The notes: generated by a model not told the origin, from the sequence alone. Positions 37,701 through 47,754 are shown, counted from the first letter of the stretch. The stretch: DNA of 64,000 nucleotides from an uncultured Eubacteriales bacterium (GCA_964505785.1 CAZDJZ010000011.1:5568-69567); one strand, 5' to 3'. Program-made: numbers and translations.

Positions 37701-38644
37701 AAAAAGAAACTAAATACGCCATTGCGGGGGTAGCGGTCTTTGCAGTGCTGATAGTTTTGTTGGATGCTCTCTTTATTGTTTCCGAAACCAACCAGGTGAT
37801 TATTACTCAGTTCGGCGAACCAATAGGAGGAACCATATCCGAGCCCGGGCTTCACATTAAGGCGCCCTTTATCCATAAATCCAATTATTTTGAAAAAAGA
37901 TGGCTGGAATGGGACGGAGCGTCTAACCAGATCCCGACAAAGGATAAAAAATACATCTGGGTGGATATCTATGCCCGCTGGAGGATTGAAGACCCCTTGG
38001 TTTACTTTCAAAGAGTCCACGACGAGAGGGGAGCGCAATCGCGCTTGGATGATATCATCGACGGCGAGACCCGCAATATTGTAGCCAATTACAACTTAAT
38101 CGAGCTTGTCAGATCGTCCAACCGCGAATTTGAATTATCCGAGGAACTAGTGGCCTTTCTGGAAAGCCGTGAGGAAATTCAGGAAATTTCAACCGGCCGG
38201 GTAGAAATCTCCCGGATCATTTTGGAAAATTCTTCTAAAATCACCAAAGAATACGGAGTTGAACTGAAAGATGTCAAATTCAAGCGGATCAATTACGTGG
38301 ATGAAGTTCAGCAAAAAGTCTTTGACCGGATGATCTCCGAACGTCAAAGAATTGCCGCCCAATACCGTTCTGAAGGCGACGGTAAAAGCGCAGAAATACG
38401 GGGGCAGAAAGAACGGGAACTGGAAAATATAACCTCGGACGCATACCGCCGGGCCCAGGAGATTAAAGGCGAAGCCGATGCAGCCGCCACTAAAATCTAC
38501 GCGGAAGCCTACAACCTTGATCCTGAATTCTTCCAATTTATGAGAACACTTGAAACATACCAGACAACCCTCGCAGAACAAACCTGGCTGCTGCTGAGCA
38601 CCGATTCGGAATTTCTTAAGTTTCTCAAGCAGACTAACCGGTAA
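37697..38644 (+). CDS. hflC: FtsH protease modulator HflC
   Basis: SPFH/band-7 domain with an N-terminal TM. Paired with hflK. Confidence 0.92.
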   Translation: MKKETKYAIAGVAVFAVLIVLLDALFIVSETNQVIITQFGEPIGGTISEPGLHIKAPFIHKSNYFEKRWLEWDGASNQIPTKDKKYIWVDIYARWRIEDPLVYFQRVHDERGAQSRLDDIIDGETRNIVANYNLIELVRSSNREFELSEELVAFLESREEIQEISTGRVEISRIILENSSKITKEYGVELKDVKFKRINYVDEVQQKVFDRMISERQRIAAQYRSEGDGKSAEIRGQKERELENITSDAYRRAQEIKGEADAAATKIYAEAYNLDPEFFQFMRTLETYQTTLAEQTWLLLSTDSEFLKFLKQTNR

Positions 38645-38667
38645 ACCTTTACTGACTTATTACTTAG

Positions 38668-38697
38668 CCTGGATTATTCACAGGCCGGGCTGCCGCT
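38668..38697 (+). repeat. family-A repeat (variant 3' half)
   Basis: cctggattattcacaggccgggctgccgct. Confidence 0.7.
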
Positions 38698-38726
38698 TAC
38701 ATCCTGAGAAGTGAAGCGGTCAGCCC
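38687..38726. terminator. 12-bp hairpin between convergent hflC and the PLP-enzyme gene (possible bidirectional terminator; no U-tract)
   Basis: GGGCTGCCGCTT-acatcctgagaagtg-AAGCGGtCAGCCC. Confidence 0.4.
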
Positions 38727-38738
38727 GTTCTGCAGACC

Positions 38739-39812
38739 TTAGGAAGACAGACAGGAGAGGTACTTCATCAGGCCTTGTTTATTTGGAAACAGGGCCGGAG
38801 TCCCTCCAGTGTGCCAAAAAACAATCTTATCCTTGTCTTCAAAATATTCCTTATCAGCTAAATCCAGCAGCCCGGCCATGGCTTTCCCAGTGTAAGCCGG
38901 ATCAAGAAAAATACCTTCGCTTTCTGCTGTCAACCGTATGGCGTCCGTCACCGGCTGATCTAAAATACCGTAGCCTTCTCCAATATAATCATCATTGATA
39001 TGAAGATCTTCCCGGGAAATATCGATCTCAAGCTCAAGCGCTGCAAGTGTTGATTGGATTATCCGCCAAATTTCATCTTCATAATCCTCAGGCTTCTCAG
39101 AAACGCTGATTCCAATGACTTTAGCTTCGGGATACAAAGCTTTTGCGGACAAGGTTAAGCCGGCTTGGGTTCCGCCTGATCCGGCGGCATGGACAATATA
39201 GTCCGGAGTGATGGCATGATTTCTCATCTGTTCCGACAATTCCAGGAAAGCATCAACATAGCCAAGAACTCCCAGCGGCTTTTCCATGGACCAACCGGGT
39301 GATGATCCTCCGATGGGAACCACGTATGGCTGATAGCCCCAATCCGTGATTTCCCGGACAAGCTCATCCATGATTCCCCGGATTTCTTCTTCCTGGATGA
39401 TTTTTCCAGGTTCGGCATCCATAATCCGGACTTGAGCTCCTAAAATATAATCAAGCAGTAAATTACCATCCGGCCCATCAGGATGATCACAGGTTTGAAA
39501 CAGCAGAAGGACCGGCTTTATTCCGAACTTCCGGGCCGCGGCCGCTGTCTGCAGGCACCAATTGGACTGCACACTCGCCCAAGTGACGACGGTATCCGCT
39601 TTTTTTGCAAGCATGTCCGGCAGGATATATTCCAGTTTGCGTGATTTATTTCCGCCGAAGGCCAGCCCTGTGAGATCGTCCCGTTTGATAAATATTCCCG
39701 GGCCTTTCAGCAGCCGAGATAAATTATTCAAGCGGGCAAAAGGGGTCGGCCGGGATATCAAACGTTCAATAGGAAAGAGCCGGAGCCGTGTCCGAAGAAC
39801 GGCTGCGTCCAT
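38739..39812 (-). CDS. D-cysteine desulfhydrase / ACC deaminase family PLP enzyme
   Basis: The FGGNKSRKLEY motif carries the PLP lysine, with a fold-type II pattern. The ATG at 39812 lies 2 nt after the upstream stop. The track start at 39839 overlaps the upstream gene. Confidence 0.85.
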   Translation of the reverse strand: MDAAVLRTRLRLFPIERLISRPTPFARLNNLSRLLKGPGIFIKRDDLTGLAFGGNKSRKLEYILPDMLAKKADTVVTWASVQSNWCLQTAAAARKFGIKPVLLLFQTCDHPDGPDGNLLLDYILGAQVRIMDAEPGKIIQEEEIRGIMDELVREITDWGYQPYVVPIGGSSPGWSMEKPLGVLGYVDAFLELSEQMRNHAITPDYIVHAAGSGGTQAGLTLSAKALYPEAKVIGISVSEKPEDYEDEIWRIIQSTLAALELEIDISREDLHINDDYIGEGYGILDQPVTDAIRLTAESEGIFLDPAYTGKAMAGLLDLADKEYFEDKDKIVFWHTGGTPALFPNKQGLMKYLSCLSS

Positions 39813-39814
39813 GG

Positions 39815-41344
39815 TTAACGCTCCAGATCGACTCTCCAAATCCTTATGGCACCATCATCCCCTCCCATAGCGACCAGTTGTCCGTCAGGGCTGAAAGCCA
39901 CAGCCCGGACAGATGAACCGGAAAGATGGTCGAGCGGCATGATCCTGTTTCCGTTTCCAGCTTTCCAGATAAAGGACCGTCCGTCATTTCCGGATACGAC
40001 AAAAAAGCCGTCGGAAGAAATGGCGGCGGAATTGACCGGCATGCCCTGAATGGTCTGAAGCAAATTTCCGTTACCTGCGTTCCAAATCCGGACGGTATTG
40101 TCTGCGCTCGCACTCACAAGGCGGCTTCCGTTTTGGCTGAAGCTGACTTTTTGGATGGCGCGCTTATGTCCGGTCAGGCGATGAACCCGGTTTCCATTGG
40201 AAACATTCCAAACGCCCAGCTCGCCGTTGTTTGCCCCGACCGCAATCAATCTGCCATTTGGATGGAAATCGACGGCATAAACTCCGGCCTGGCCGTGCTG
40301 AATAAGCTGCACTTCATTCCCATTGCCGGCATTCCAGATCCGTACGGTTCCGTCATCGCTGACCGAAGCCACCCGGTTCCCGTCCGGGGAAAAAGCGACA
40401 CCTAATACTTCATCCGTATGACCGGAAAATGCAGTTACCTCCGCTCCGGAATTGACCTGCCAAATTCGGGCCGTCCGGTCCCCGCTTCCGGTCACAATCC
40501 GGTTGCCGTCCCCTCGGAAATCCACACTGAATACATGGGCGGTGTGCCCTTGAATGACTTTGTGCAGATTGCCGCTGGGGATATTCCAGATTCTAACCGT
40601 TTTATCACCGCTGGCTGAAGCCAGCTGCTTTCCATTCGGACTGAAGGCCAGGTCGTATATACGGCTGGTATGTCCGCTTAGATTTTTCAGCAATTCCTTG
40701 TGTTTCTCCTCTTTTTGGGGAACCGCCTGAACTTTCCTGGATACAATTTTCGCCTCTGTCCAGACCGCCCAGTCATTATCCGGAGAAGACCCAGCCGTAA
40801 CCTGTAAAATGATTCCTACAGTCTTGCCTGCATATTCGGCCAGGCTGCACTCCTTGCGGTCAATTTTTTCATCATAAACAGCATGGAATCCGCAATCCGT
40901 CCTTTCTGCGGGACTTAAGTCCGAAAGCTGGACCCTGGCCCTTTTATCTATGGGAAGGCCTGACTTCTGTTCTAAAATAATCGCACTGAATCCAGCTCCG
41001 TCAGTTCCTTGTGCCCCCTGTTTGAATCCTCCGGCAATAACCAGTACTGGATCTTTCTCGGGAATAGTCACGCTTGAAAACAATCCCTGAATATAACCAT
41101 TGGGTTTCCACTGGGGATGAGTAAACAACACTTGCGGATATGTCTTTCCGTCTTCTAAAATCACATTGGATTCATAGGTGGCCGTACCCGACGCCATTCC
41201 TTCTCTTCCAAAGACCAGAGAGGCGTTATCGGTATTCCTCCACCTGGCCTGGGCGGCCAGCTCGATTAAATCAACTTCCTGAGCATAAGCCATGCCCATT
41301 GACAATAAAACAATGGCACCAAAAAGCACACATGTTTTTTTCAT
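39815..41344 (-). CDS. secreted WD40 beta-propeller protein with unknown ~220-aa N-terminal domain
   Basis: Signal peptide MKKTCVLFGAIVLLSMGMAYAQ (ATG at 41344, RBS GAGGAGGG). Seven GH...D.T.RIWN-type WD repeats in the C-terminal 290 aa. Confidence 0.85.
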   Translation of the reverse strand: MKKTCVLFGAIVLLSMGMAYAQEVDLIELAAQARWRNTDNASLVFGREGMASGTATYESNVILEDGKTYPQVLFTHPQWKPNGYIQGLFSSVTIPEKDPVLVIAGGFKQGAQGTDGAGFSAIILEQKSGLPIDKRARVQLSDLSPAERTDCGFHAVYDEKIDRKECSLAEYAGKTVGIILQVTAGSSPDNDWAVWTEAKIVSRKVQAVPQKEEKHKELLKNLSGHTSRIYDLAFSPNGKQLASASGDKTVRIWNIPSGNLHKVIQGHTAHVFSVDFRGDGNRIVTGSGDRTARIWQVNSGAEVTAFSGHTDEVLGVAFSPDGNRVASVSDDGTVRIWNAGNGNEVQLIQHGQAGVYAVDFHPNGRLIAVGANNGELGVWNVSNGNRVHRLTGHKRAIQKVSFSQNGSRLVSASADNTVRIWNAGNGNLLQTIQGMPVNSAAISSDGFFVVSGNDGRSFIWKAGNGNRIMPLDHLSGSSVRAVAFSPDGQLVAMGGDDGAIRIWRVDLER

Positions 41345-41502
41345 TATAGGATCCCTCCTCATTAGAATTTTCTTTGCAAGGCTGTGTTTTTATTATAAAT
41401 CTTAACAGGGAGGCTGTCAATTGATTCTGACTCCGGCTATAAGTCAAAAGTGATATAATAACAAGCAAATGCAGGTAAATAATTCGGAGAAGGAGAAAAG
41501 CA

Positions 41503-41688
41503 ATGCCCCTGATTCAAATCCATATGCTTGAAGGCAGGACCAAACAGCAAAAAAGAACTCTTCTGGAATCCGTAACCCGTGCAGTACAGGATTCCCTGGA
41601 CGTCCCCCTCTCGTCCATCCGTGTTTGGATACAGGACATTCCGCCGGATGAATTCATGGCGGCAGGGAAACTTAAAAGCAAAAAATAA
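41503..41688 (+). CDS. 4-oxalocrotonate tautomerase family enzyme
   Basis: 61 aa with catalytic Pro-1 (MPLIQIHMLEGRT..QK..L). Strong RBS gagaaggagaa. Confidence 0.88.
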   Translation: MPLIQIHMLEGRTKQQKRTLLESVTRAVQDSLDVPLSSIRVWIQDIPPDEFMAAGKLKSKK

Positions 41689-41719
41689 AAAAAGGGGATT
41701 AATACTGTATTAATCCCCT
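41681..41719 (-). terminator. rho-independent terminator (T-run on minus strand) for the apt-permease transcript
   Basis: AGGGGATTAATA-ctg-TATTAATCCCCT, a perfect 12-bp stem. The minus strand continues TTTTTTTATTTTT. Confidence 0.7.
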
Positions 41720-41872
41720 AAAATCTTCGTCTAATAAAACTTTTGCCGAACCAGGTTTATTTCAAACCCCCGATTCGAATCCATACCCAGTCAAAAGTAT
41801 TATTGACTAAAGAGCCGACTGCAAAAACATACATTTTCTGAGATTGTCAAATTGGTTAAAAAAACTTTCCGT

Positions 41873-43204
41873 TTAGGTTTGCGTCAAAATATAGCGCAGG
41901 ACAAACAAAACAGAAAAAACATATATGATCCAATGAACTTTGCGTCCTTTTCCCGCCACAACCTTGAGCAGGGAAAAGGTGATAAATCCAACCGCGATTC
42001 CCTCCGTAATGCTTACTGTCAAAGGCATAATAATTATTGTCAAAAACGCCGGCAAAGACTCGGTCACGTCATCCCATTGGATCCGGGTCACACACCGCAT
42101 CATAAAATAGCCCACAATGATCAGAGCAGGCGCAATGACGGGATGAAGGGTTACGCCGTTATGGATCACCTCGCCTCCGACCATTTCCGCCAGAGGTGAG
42201 AAAAACAGAGCAATGAGAAAGAGACATGCTGTAAATATGTTAGCCAATCCGGTTTTGGCTCCCTGGGCGATTCCAGTGGAGCTCTCGATATAGCTGGTGA
42301 CCGTAGACGTTCCCAGCAGGGCGCCGGCTGCTGTACCCACCGCATCCGAGAACATCGCTTTATCCGTACGCGGAAGGTGCCCTTTTTTTAAAAAACCAGC
42401 CTGACTGCTGACTCCTATCAGGGTCCCCATAGTATCGAATAAATCCAGAAAAAAGAAGACAAATATGACCGTCAGCAAACCAGTGCTGAGTGCACCGGCT
42501 ATATCCAGTTTAAACAGCGTGGGAGCCAGGCTCGGCGGGGCAGAAACAAATCCATGATATTTGACCACTCCCAAAGGAATGCCTGCTAATGCAGTCCCCA
42601 GAATTCCCCATAAAATCGCGCCCCTCACTTTCAGGGCCATCAGCGCAGCAGTCAAAAAAACTCCGGCAATGACTAAAATCACCGGCCGGCTGGTCAAATC
42701 GCCCAAACCGACTAAAACGCCCGGCGCATCGACCACCAATCCGCCATATTCAAGCCCCACAAGTGATATCAGCAGTCCAATACCAACCGCAATGGCATGT
42801 TTGAGCGAGTCCGGCACAGCCGCGACTAACGGCCCCCAAACACCGAAAACAGAGAGAATGATAAAAATAATTCCCGAGATAAACACCGCACCCAGAGCCG
42901 TCGGCCAGGAATACCCCATTGTTCCGCAAACAATGACGGCAAAGAATATATTGTGTCCCATAGCCGGAGCCTGGGCAATAGGATAGTTGGCTAAAATACC
43001 CATCAAAAAAGTGGCCAGGGCGGATGCGATGCAGGTCGCGGTCATAACCGCTCCCTTATCCATTCCGGCCGCAGACAGGATGGCGGGCTGGACAAAAATG
43101 ATATAGGACATGGTCATGAATGTTGTCAGACCGCCAATGGCCTCTGTTCTGACAGTTGTCCGGTTGTCTTTCAGGTGAAATAAACGTTCCAGCAGAGCGA
43201 TCAT
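41873..43204 (-). CDS. NCS2 family purine permease (AzgA-type adenine/guanine/hypoxanthine)
   Basis: 443 aa, ~13 TM. N-terminal LERLFHLKDNRTTVRTEAIGGLTTFMTMSYIIFVQP is typical of the AzgA subfamily. Confidence 0.9.
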   Translation of the reverse strand: MIALLERLFHLKDNRTTVRTEAIGGLTTFMTMSYIIFVQPAILSAAGMDKGAVMTATCIASALATFLMGILANYPIAQAPAMGHNIFFAVIVCGTMGYSWPTALGAVFISGIIFIILSVFGVWGPLVAAVPDSLKHAIAVGIGLLISLVGLEYGGLVVDAPGVLVGLGDLTSRPVILVIAGVFLTAALMALKVRGAILWGILGTALAGIPLGVVKYHGFVSAPPSLAPTLFKLDIAGALSTGLLTVIFVFFFLDLFDTMGTLIGVSSQAGFLKKGHLPRTDKAMFSDAVGTAAGALLGTSTVTSYIESSTGIAQGAKTGLANIFTACLFLIALFFSPLAEMVGGEVIHNGVTLHPVIAPALIIVGYFMMRCVTRIQWDDVTESLPAFLTIIIMPLTVSITEGIAVGFITFSLLKVVAGKGRKVHWIIYVFSVLFVLRYILTQT

Positions 43205-43210
43205 AGCGGA

Positions 43211-43750
43211 CTACTCTTCAAATTGAATCAAAGACAATACATCCACATCAGGATGGGCCGCTTCGATCGCCTCCTTGCCTTTTAAAAAAGAAAGTTCGAC
43301 AAGAGCCGCATACCCGACCACATCACCTTCCAGCTTTTTGACCAGATTGATAGCGGCGATGGATGACGAGCCGGTTGCGATCAAGTCATCGATGATCAGA
43401 ACCCTTTGTCCGGGTTTGATAGAATCCTTATGGATCTCAAAATGTTCCACCGCATATTCATTCGGTGCCCGAACGATCACGGTTTCCCGGGGAAGTTTTC
43501 CCTTTTTACGGACAATCGTCATGCCGGTTCTCAATTCATACGCCACAGGTGCGCCGAAGATGAATCCCCGGGACTCTATTCCCACTACCCGTTCGGTTTT
43601 TTTCCGGCGGGCCCAATCGGTCAGCCGGCTGACAACATGGTGAAAGCATTCTCCATCTTCAACCAAAGGAGTAATGTCTTTGAATCCAATTCCCGGCTTG
43701 GGAAAATCTTTGACTTCACATATAATTTCTTTAACTTTTTTTAGCATCAA
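43211..43750 (-). CDS. apt: adenine phosphoribosyltransferase
   Basis: FPKPGIGFKDITPL and the PRPP loop VLIIDDLIATGSS. Confidence 0.95.
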   Translation of the reverse strand: MMLKKVKEIICEVKDFPKPGIGFKDITPLVEDGECFHHVVSRLTDWARRKKTERVVGIESRGFIFGAPVAYELRTGMTIVRKKGKLPRETVIVRAPNEYAVEHFEIHKDSIKPGQRVLIIDDLIATGSSSIAAINLVKKLEGDVVGYAALVELSFLKGKEAIEAAHPDVDVLSLIQFEE

Positions 43751-43787
43751 TTCCTCCAGAACACAAACTAGTTATATTTTTATGGGA

Positions 43788-44837
43788 TTAATCTTTTCCA
43801 TTCAAGGATTTGGTATAAATGGTGCGGGTAGGGAACGCAATGGAAATACCGGCGCGGTTAAGGGCCTTGTAGATTTCATCCGTCAACACGAGATGAGTGG
43901 AATAGGCATCCAAGTAATTATCAACCCAGGCCCGCGCAGTAAAATCCAAAGAAAAATCCGCCATTTTTAAGAAATGCACGACCGGTTCGGGATCATCCAG
44001 AACTTTATCCGCGGATTTCAACGCTTCCAGAACCACCTCCCGGACTTTATCCGTATCCGATCCGTAAACGACGCCGAACTCGATATTGACTCTTAATTTC
44101 AAATCCGGGACAGTATAATTTTTAACTTTTGCATTTGCCAGAAACCCATTTGGAATATAAATGACCTCATTGTCATATGTCTTTAATTTGGTGCTGCGGA
44201 GGCCGACATCCAGAATAACCCCCAATTCGCCTGATTCCAATTTGACTTTATCTCCCACCTTAAAGGTTTTATCCAGAACCAGCTGCAGCCCGCCCATGAT
44301 ATTAGCCAAAGAATCCTTGACTGCAAAACTGATTGCGATACCGGCAATGCCCGCGGTAGCTAGAAGCGGGCTGATATCGATGCGCCAGGAATCAAAAATA
44401 AAAATGACCGCCAATATGCCGGCCACCACTTTAAGAATTTTTTCAATAAGGGGAATCAATCGGTCATCTGCGGAAGAAGCCGTTTGGACGGCCCACTCAT
44501 TTTTCCAGTTGTCGGCAAAGTCATTGATCAATCGAATGATCAAAATCGCTATGATAATAACCAGTACGGTTTCTATGATGCTGTGTATGAAATTGGATTC
44601 GAGCTTCACGTTGCTTAATCCGATTTTAAAACCAACCGCAATTACGACATAGAAAACCATGGAAGATAAATTTTTAACAATCAAATCGTCTATTTTGGTC
44701 TTTGTTCTGCGGGTCAAGGGCTTTAAAATGAACCGCAGGATCAGCTTGACCACAAAAGCCGCAGCCAAAGCTGCAGCCGCAATTATAATTAAACGCAGGT
44801 ATAAATTGCTCAGAATATAATCTATGACACCTTGCAT
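43788..44837 (-). CDS. mechanosensitive ion channel (MscS family)
   Basis: N-terminal TM helices plus the conserved pore/beta domain (AGIAISFAVKDSLANIMGG...VGD.V). Confidence 0.9.
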   Translation of the reverse strand: MQGVIDYILSNLYLRLIIIAAAALAAAFVVKLILRFILKPLTRRTKTKIDDLIVKNLSSMVFYVVIAVGFKIGLSNVKLESNFIHSIIETVLVIIIAILIIRLINDFADNWKNEWAVQTASSADDRLIPLIEKILKVVAGILAVIFIFDSWRIDISPLLATAGIAGIAISFAVKDSLANIMGGLQLVLDKTFKVGDKVKLESGELGVILDVGLRSTKLKTYDNEVIYIPNGFLANAKVKNYTVPDLKLRVNIEFGVVYGSDTDKVREVVLEALKSADKVLDDPEPVVHFLKMADFSLDFTARAWVDNYLDAYSTHLVLTDEIYKALNRAGISIAFPTRTIYTKSLNGKD

Positions 44838-44956
44838 AGCGAAACTCCTTAGGGCTTATTAAAAAAGCATCAGCCTGAGGACTCCAGCGGCCCCTGGGCT
44901 CTTTAGATTTATACTGAATATGAAAGGCAATTGCAATGATTCTGCGGCAACTTTTA

Positions 44957-45586
44957 CTATGCCGGAGGAAGAATTTTGGCCAGCCTGCGCGCAGCGGATT
45001 TGATATCGGCCTCTCCCAAAACCGCTGAAACCACAGCTATCCCATCAGCCCCGGCATCAAAGATCTGGGGAACATTACCGGAATGGATGCCGCCGATGGC
45101 TAAAACCGGAATATTCGCTTCATTGCACAGCCGTTTCAGGCCGGCCGCACCAAGAACCGGAAGGGATGTGTGTTTGGTTCCGGTCGGGAAAACCGGTCCG
45201 GCCCCTAGGTAATCCGCCCCGTTCCCAGCCGCCTCACGGACTTCTTCAGCGGTATTGACGGAAACTCCGATCAAGGCAGATTCCCCCAAAATCCGCCGGG
45301 CGGCGGAAACCGGAAGATCATTTTGTCCAAGATGAACGCCTTGACATCTACAGGCTGCCGCCACATCCACCCGGTCGTTGATAATCAGGGGAATGTTTTT
45401 TGGATTAAGGAAACCGGCCAGTTTATCGGCCATGCAAAAAAACGGGCCTCCATCCAGATGCTTAGCCCGCAGCTGAACACAAGTCACTCCGCCTTCCACT
45501 GCCTCTAAAACCAGTGAAACCAAATCCCTGTCCATGGCGGCATCCACATCCGCTACGAAGCACAATCGCCAATCTATTTTATTCAT
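44957..45586 (-). CDS. thiE: thiamine-phosphate synthase
   Basis: VQLRAK, INDRVDVA and GADYLGAGPVFPT motifs. Confidence 0.93.
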   Translation of the reverse strand: MNKIDWRLCFVADVDAAMDRDLVSLVLEAVEGGVTCVQLRAKHLDGGPFFCMADKLAGFLNPKNIPLIINDRVDVAAACRCQGVHLGQNDLPVSAARRILGESALIGVSVNTAEEVREAAGNGADYLGAGPVFPTGTKHTSLPVLGAAGLKRLCNEANIPVLAIGGIHSGNVPQIFDAGADGIAVVSAVLGEADIKSAARRLAKILPPA

Positions 45587-45627
45587 GAAACCTCTTTAGA
45601 GTAAAAAGTGAAAAGTTATCTTATTAA

Positions 45628-45651
45628 ATCAAAAATCAAAAATCAAAAAAA
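45628..45651. repeat. 8-nt tandem tract (ATCAAAAA x3)
   Basis: aatcaaaaatcaaaaatcaaaaaa. The reverse-complement version occurs at 52775-52801. Confidence 0.85.
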
Positions 45652-45668
45652 CAACCAAAGTCGTTTTT

Positions 45669-45693
45669 GGACCGAACAGACCGAATAGACTTA
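45669..45693 (-). repeat. family-E array, short (CGAACAGAC CGAATAGAC)
   Basis: ggaccgaacagaccgaatagactta, followed at 45717-45732 by cgcgagcgaagcgagc. The same word follows the family-E array at 60461-60530. Confidence 0.7.
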
Positions 45694-45749
45694 AATAACG
45701 CAAAGAATGCAATAAACGCGAGCGAAGCGAGCTGCAAACCCTATAGTTT

Positions 45750-46181
45750 CTATGAATGCGGGTTGACGTTCTCAATAATGATCCTGCGGCTTTCATCTTC
45801 ACAAACTTTGATTACAATACGAATATGTTTATTCTGGACAGGGTACTTTTCCGCCCATTCAATAAGCATAATCCCTTCTCCGATAAAATCTTCCCATCCC
45901 AAGTCCTCAATTTCCTCCCGGGTGTTCAACCGGTAAAAATCCAGATGGTAAACCGGGACCCTCGCCTGATACACATTCATGAGAGTAAAAGAGGGGCTGC
46001 AAACCTGGTTGACGTTCTTAAGACCCAATCCTGCGGCCACTCCTTTTGCAAAAACGGTTTTCCCGGCCCCCAATTCTCCGGATAAACAAATTATTTCATC
46101 CCCTTCCAGGAAAGCCCCAAATCTTCTGGCGATTTCAAATGTATTCTTTTCGGAATGAGACAGATACTCTTTTTTGCTCAT
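45750..46181 (-). CDS. tsaE: tRNA t6A37 biosynthesis ATPase TsaE
   Basis: Walker A GELGAGKT, SPSFTL and HLDFYRL motifs. Confidence 0.93.
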   Translation of the reverse strand: MSKKEYLSHSEKNTFEIARRFGAFLEGDEIICLSGELGAGKTVFAKGVAAGLGLKNVNQVCSPSFTLMNVYQARVPVYHLDFYRLNTREEIEDLGWEDFIGEGIMLIEWAEKYPVQNKHIRIVIKVCEDESRRIIIENVNPHS

Positions 46182-46188
46182 AGCCCGC

Positions 46189-47754
46189 TCAGGTTCGTAT
46201 CTGCTTGCGGGTGAGCTTTCTCACCGCCTCGGGTAAACAGCTTATGATATCTCCGGCAAGGAGAGACTTCTCCCCAAACCGTTCGGCGGCAATGTCTCCG
46301 CTTAAGCCGTGCACATAAACGCCCGCTATCACCGCGTCGCATAAATGGTCTTCCTGCACGATCATGGCACCCAGCATTCCGCTGAGGACATCACCAGACC
46401 CTCCTGTCGCCATTCCGGGATTTCCTGTCGGATTAATAAACAGGTGTCCCTCCGGATCTGATATCAATGTCCTGTATCCTTTTAAGACGACATATACACC
46501 ATGATTCCGGGCAAATTCAGGAACCAGCTTTATCTTATTTTCCACAATTTCCTTAGTATCACAATGAATCAAGCGGGCAAATTCTCCGGGATGGGGGGTT
46601 AAAACAGCCGGCGCCTTCAGTTTATTTAAAATATCAATTTCCTCAGCAATAATATTAAGGGAATCCGCATCCAAAATCATGGGTATTTCCAACCTGGGAA
46701 GAAGCTTCCGGATCAATCGGGAAGTCGATTCCTGAGTAGAAAGTCCCGGTCCAATCATAACCGCATCCATCCCCTGCAGGAGGGTAAGTATTTTATCCAG
46801 TCCTCTTTCAGCCAAGGTCCATTCGGGGGTTTCCGGAAGCGGTTCCGTCATCAATTCATCCATGGAACGCGCAACAATCGGCACGCAGCTTTTCGGTGTT
46901 CCCACTGTGACCAGACCGGCGCCCATTTTCAATGCCGCTTTTCCGGACATGGCGGCGGCCCCGGTTTTTCCAAGAGATCCGGATAAAATAAAAAGATGGC
47001 CGTAAGTTCCTTTGTGCGCGCTTTTATTCCTCTTGGAAAAATACGGCAGCAGCATATCTTCTTCCACCATCGTCAGGCGCAGGCTGGCATCATCAAATAA
47101 AAAAGGAGGCGTGCTGATGTCCGCTATGACCAGCTCCCCCGCATAATCTTCCGAAGGAGGAAAAACATGTGCGATTTTCGCGGCCGCCATAGTGACGGTC
47201 AAATCCGCTTTGACCGCAGGGCCGATTATTTGGAACCGGTCCGCAGCCAAACCTGATGGAATATCAACCGCCACTTTAAAGGCGTGAAGGGTATTGATGT
47301 CTTCAATAATTCCGGCATATCTCCCTCCGGCCGGTTTTGTCAAGCCGGTTCCGAAAATGGCATCCACCACAATATCGGCATTTTCGATCATGTCCCGCTG
47401 CGCCTGCCATTGTGCAGGCGTTGTCACTTCCATGATCTCTATCCCCATTTTACCGGCAATGCCGCAATTCAAACCGGCATCTCCTTCTAAATCCTGTTTT
47501 TCCGCCAGTAAAATGATCCGGACCCGCGCACCGCAGTTAAACAAGTGCCGCGCAACCACAAATCCGTCACCGCCGTTATTGCCTTTGCCGGCGATTATCA
47601 TTACGTTTTTTTCTTCTATCCGCGGGAATCGTGTTTTAATCGCTTCAGCGATCTCCCGGCCCGCGTTTTCCATCAGAATAGGACCAATGATGCCGATTTC
47701 CTCTATGGCTTGCCGGTCAATATTCTGCATTTGCTTGGCTGTTAGAACTTTCAT
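46189..47754 (-). CDS. nnr: bifunctional NAD(P)H-hydrate epimerase / ADP-dependent dehydratase
   Basis: YjeF-N (GKGNNGGDG) plus a YjeF-C carbohydrate-kinase domain (GGSGDVLSG). Confidence 0.93.
   Translation of the reverse strand: MKVLTAKQMQNIDRQAIEEIGIIGPILMENAGREIAEAIKTRFPRIEEKNVMIIAGKGNNGGDGFVVARHLFNCGARVRIILLAEKQDLEGDAGLNCGIAGKMGIEIMEVTTPAQWQAQRDMIENADIVVDAIFGTGLTKPAGGRYAGIIEDINTLHAFKVAVDIPSGLAADRFQIIGPAVKADLTVTMAAAKIAHVFPPSEDYAGELVIADISTPPFLFDDASLRLTMVEEDMLLPYFSKRNKSAHKGTYGHLFILSGSLGKTGAAAMSGKAALKMGAGLVTVGTPKSCVPIVARSMDELMTEPLPETPEWTLAERGLDKILTLLQGMDAVMIGPGLSTQESTSRLIRKLLPRLEIPMILDADSLNIIAEEIDILNKLKAPAVLTPHPGEFARLIHCDTKEIVENKIKLVPEFARNHGVYVVLKGYRTLISDPEGHLFINPTGNPGMATGGSGDVLSGMLGAMIVQEDHLCDAVIAGVYVHGLSGDIAAERFGEKSLLAGDIISCLPEAVRKLTRKQIRT

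Noticed and set aside
41760-41795. tRNA-like fragment ccccgattcgaatccataccc (a possible att-site remnant)
   Set aside because: It only resembles a T-loop (TTCGAATCC). It has no matching acceptor or anticodon arms, no identity to the three tRNAs in the window, and no integrase nearby.
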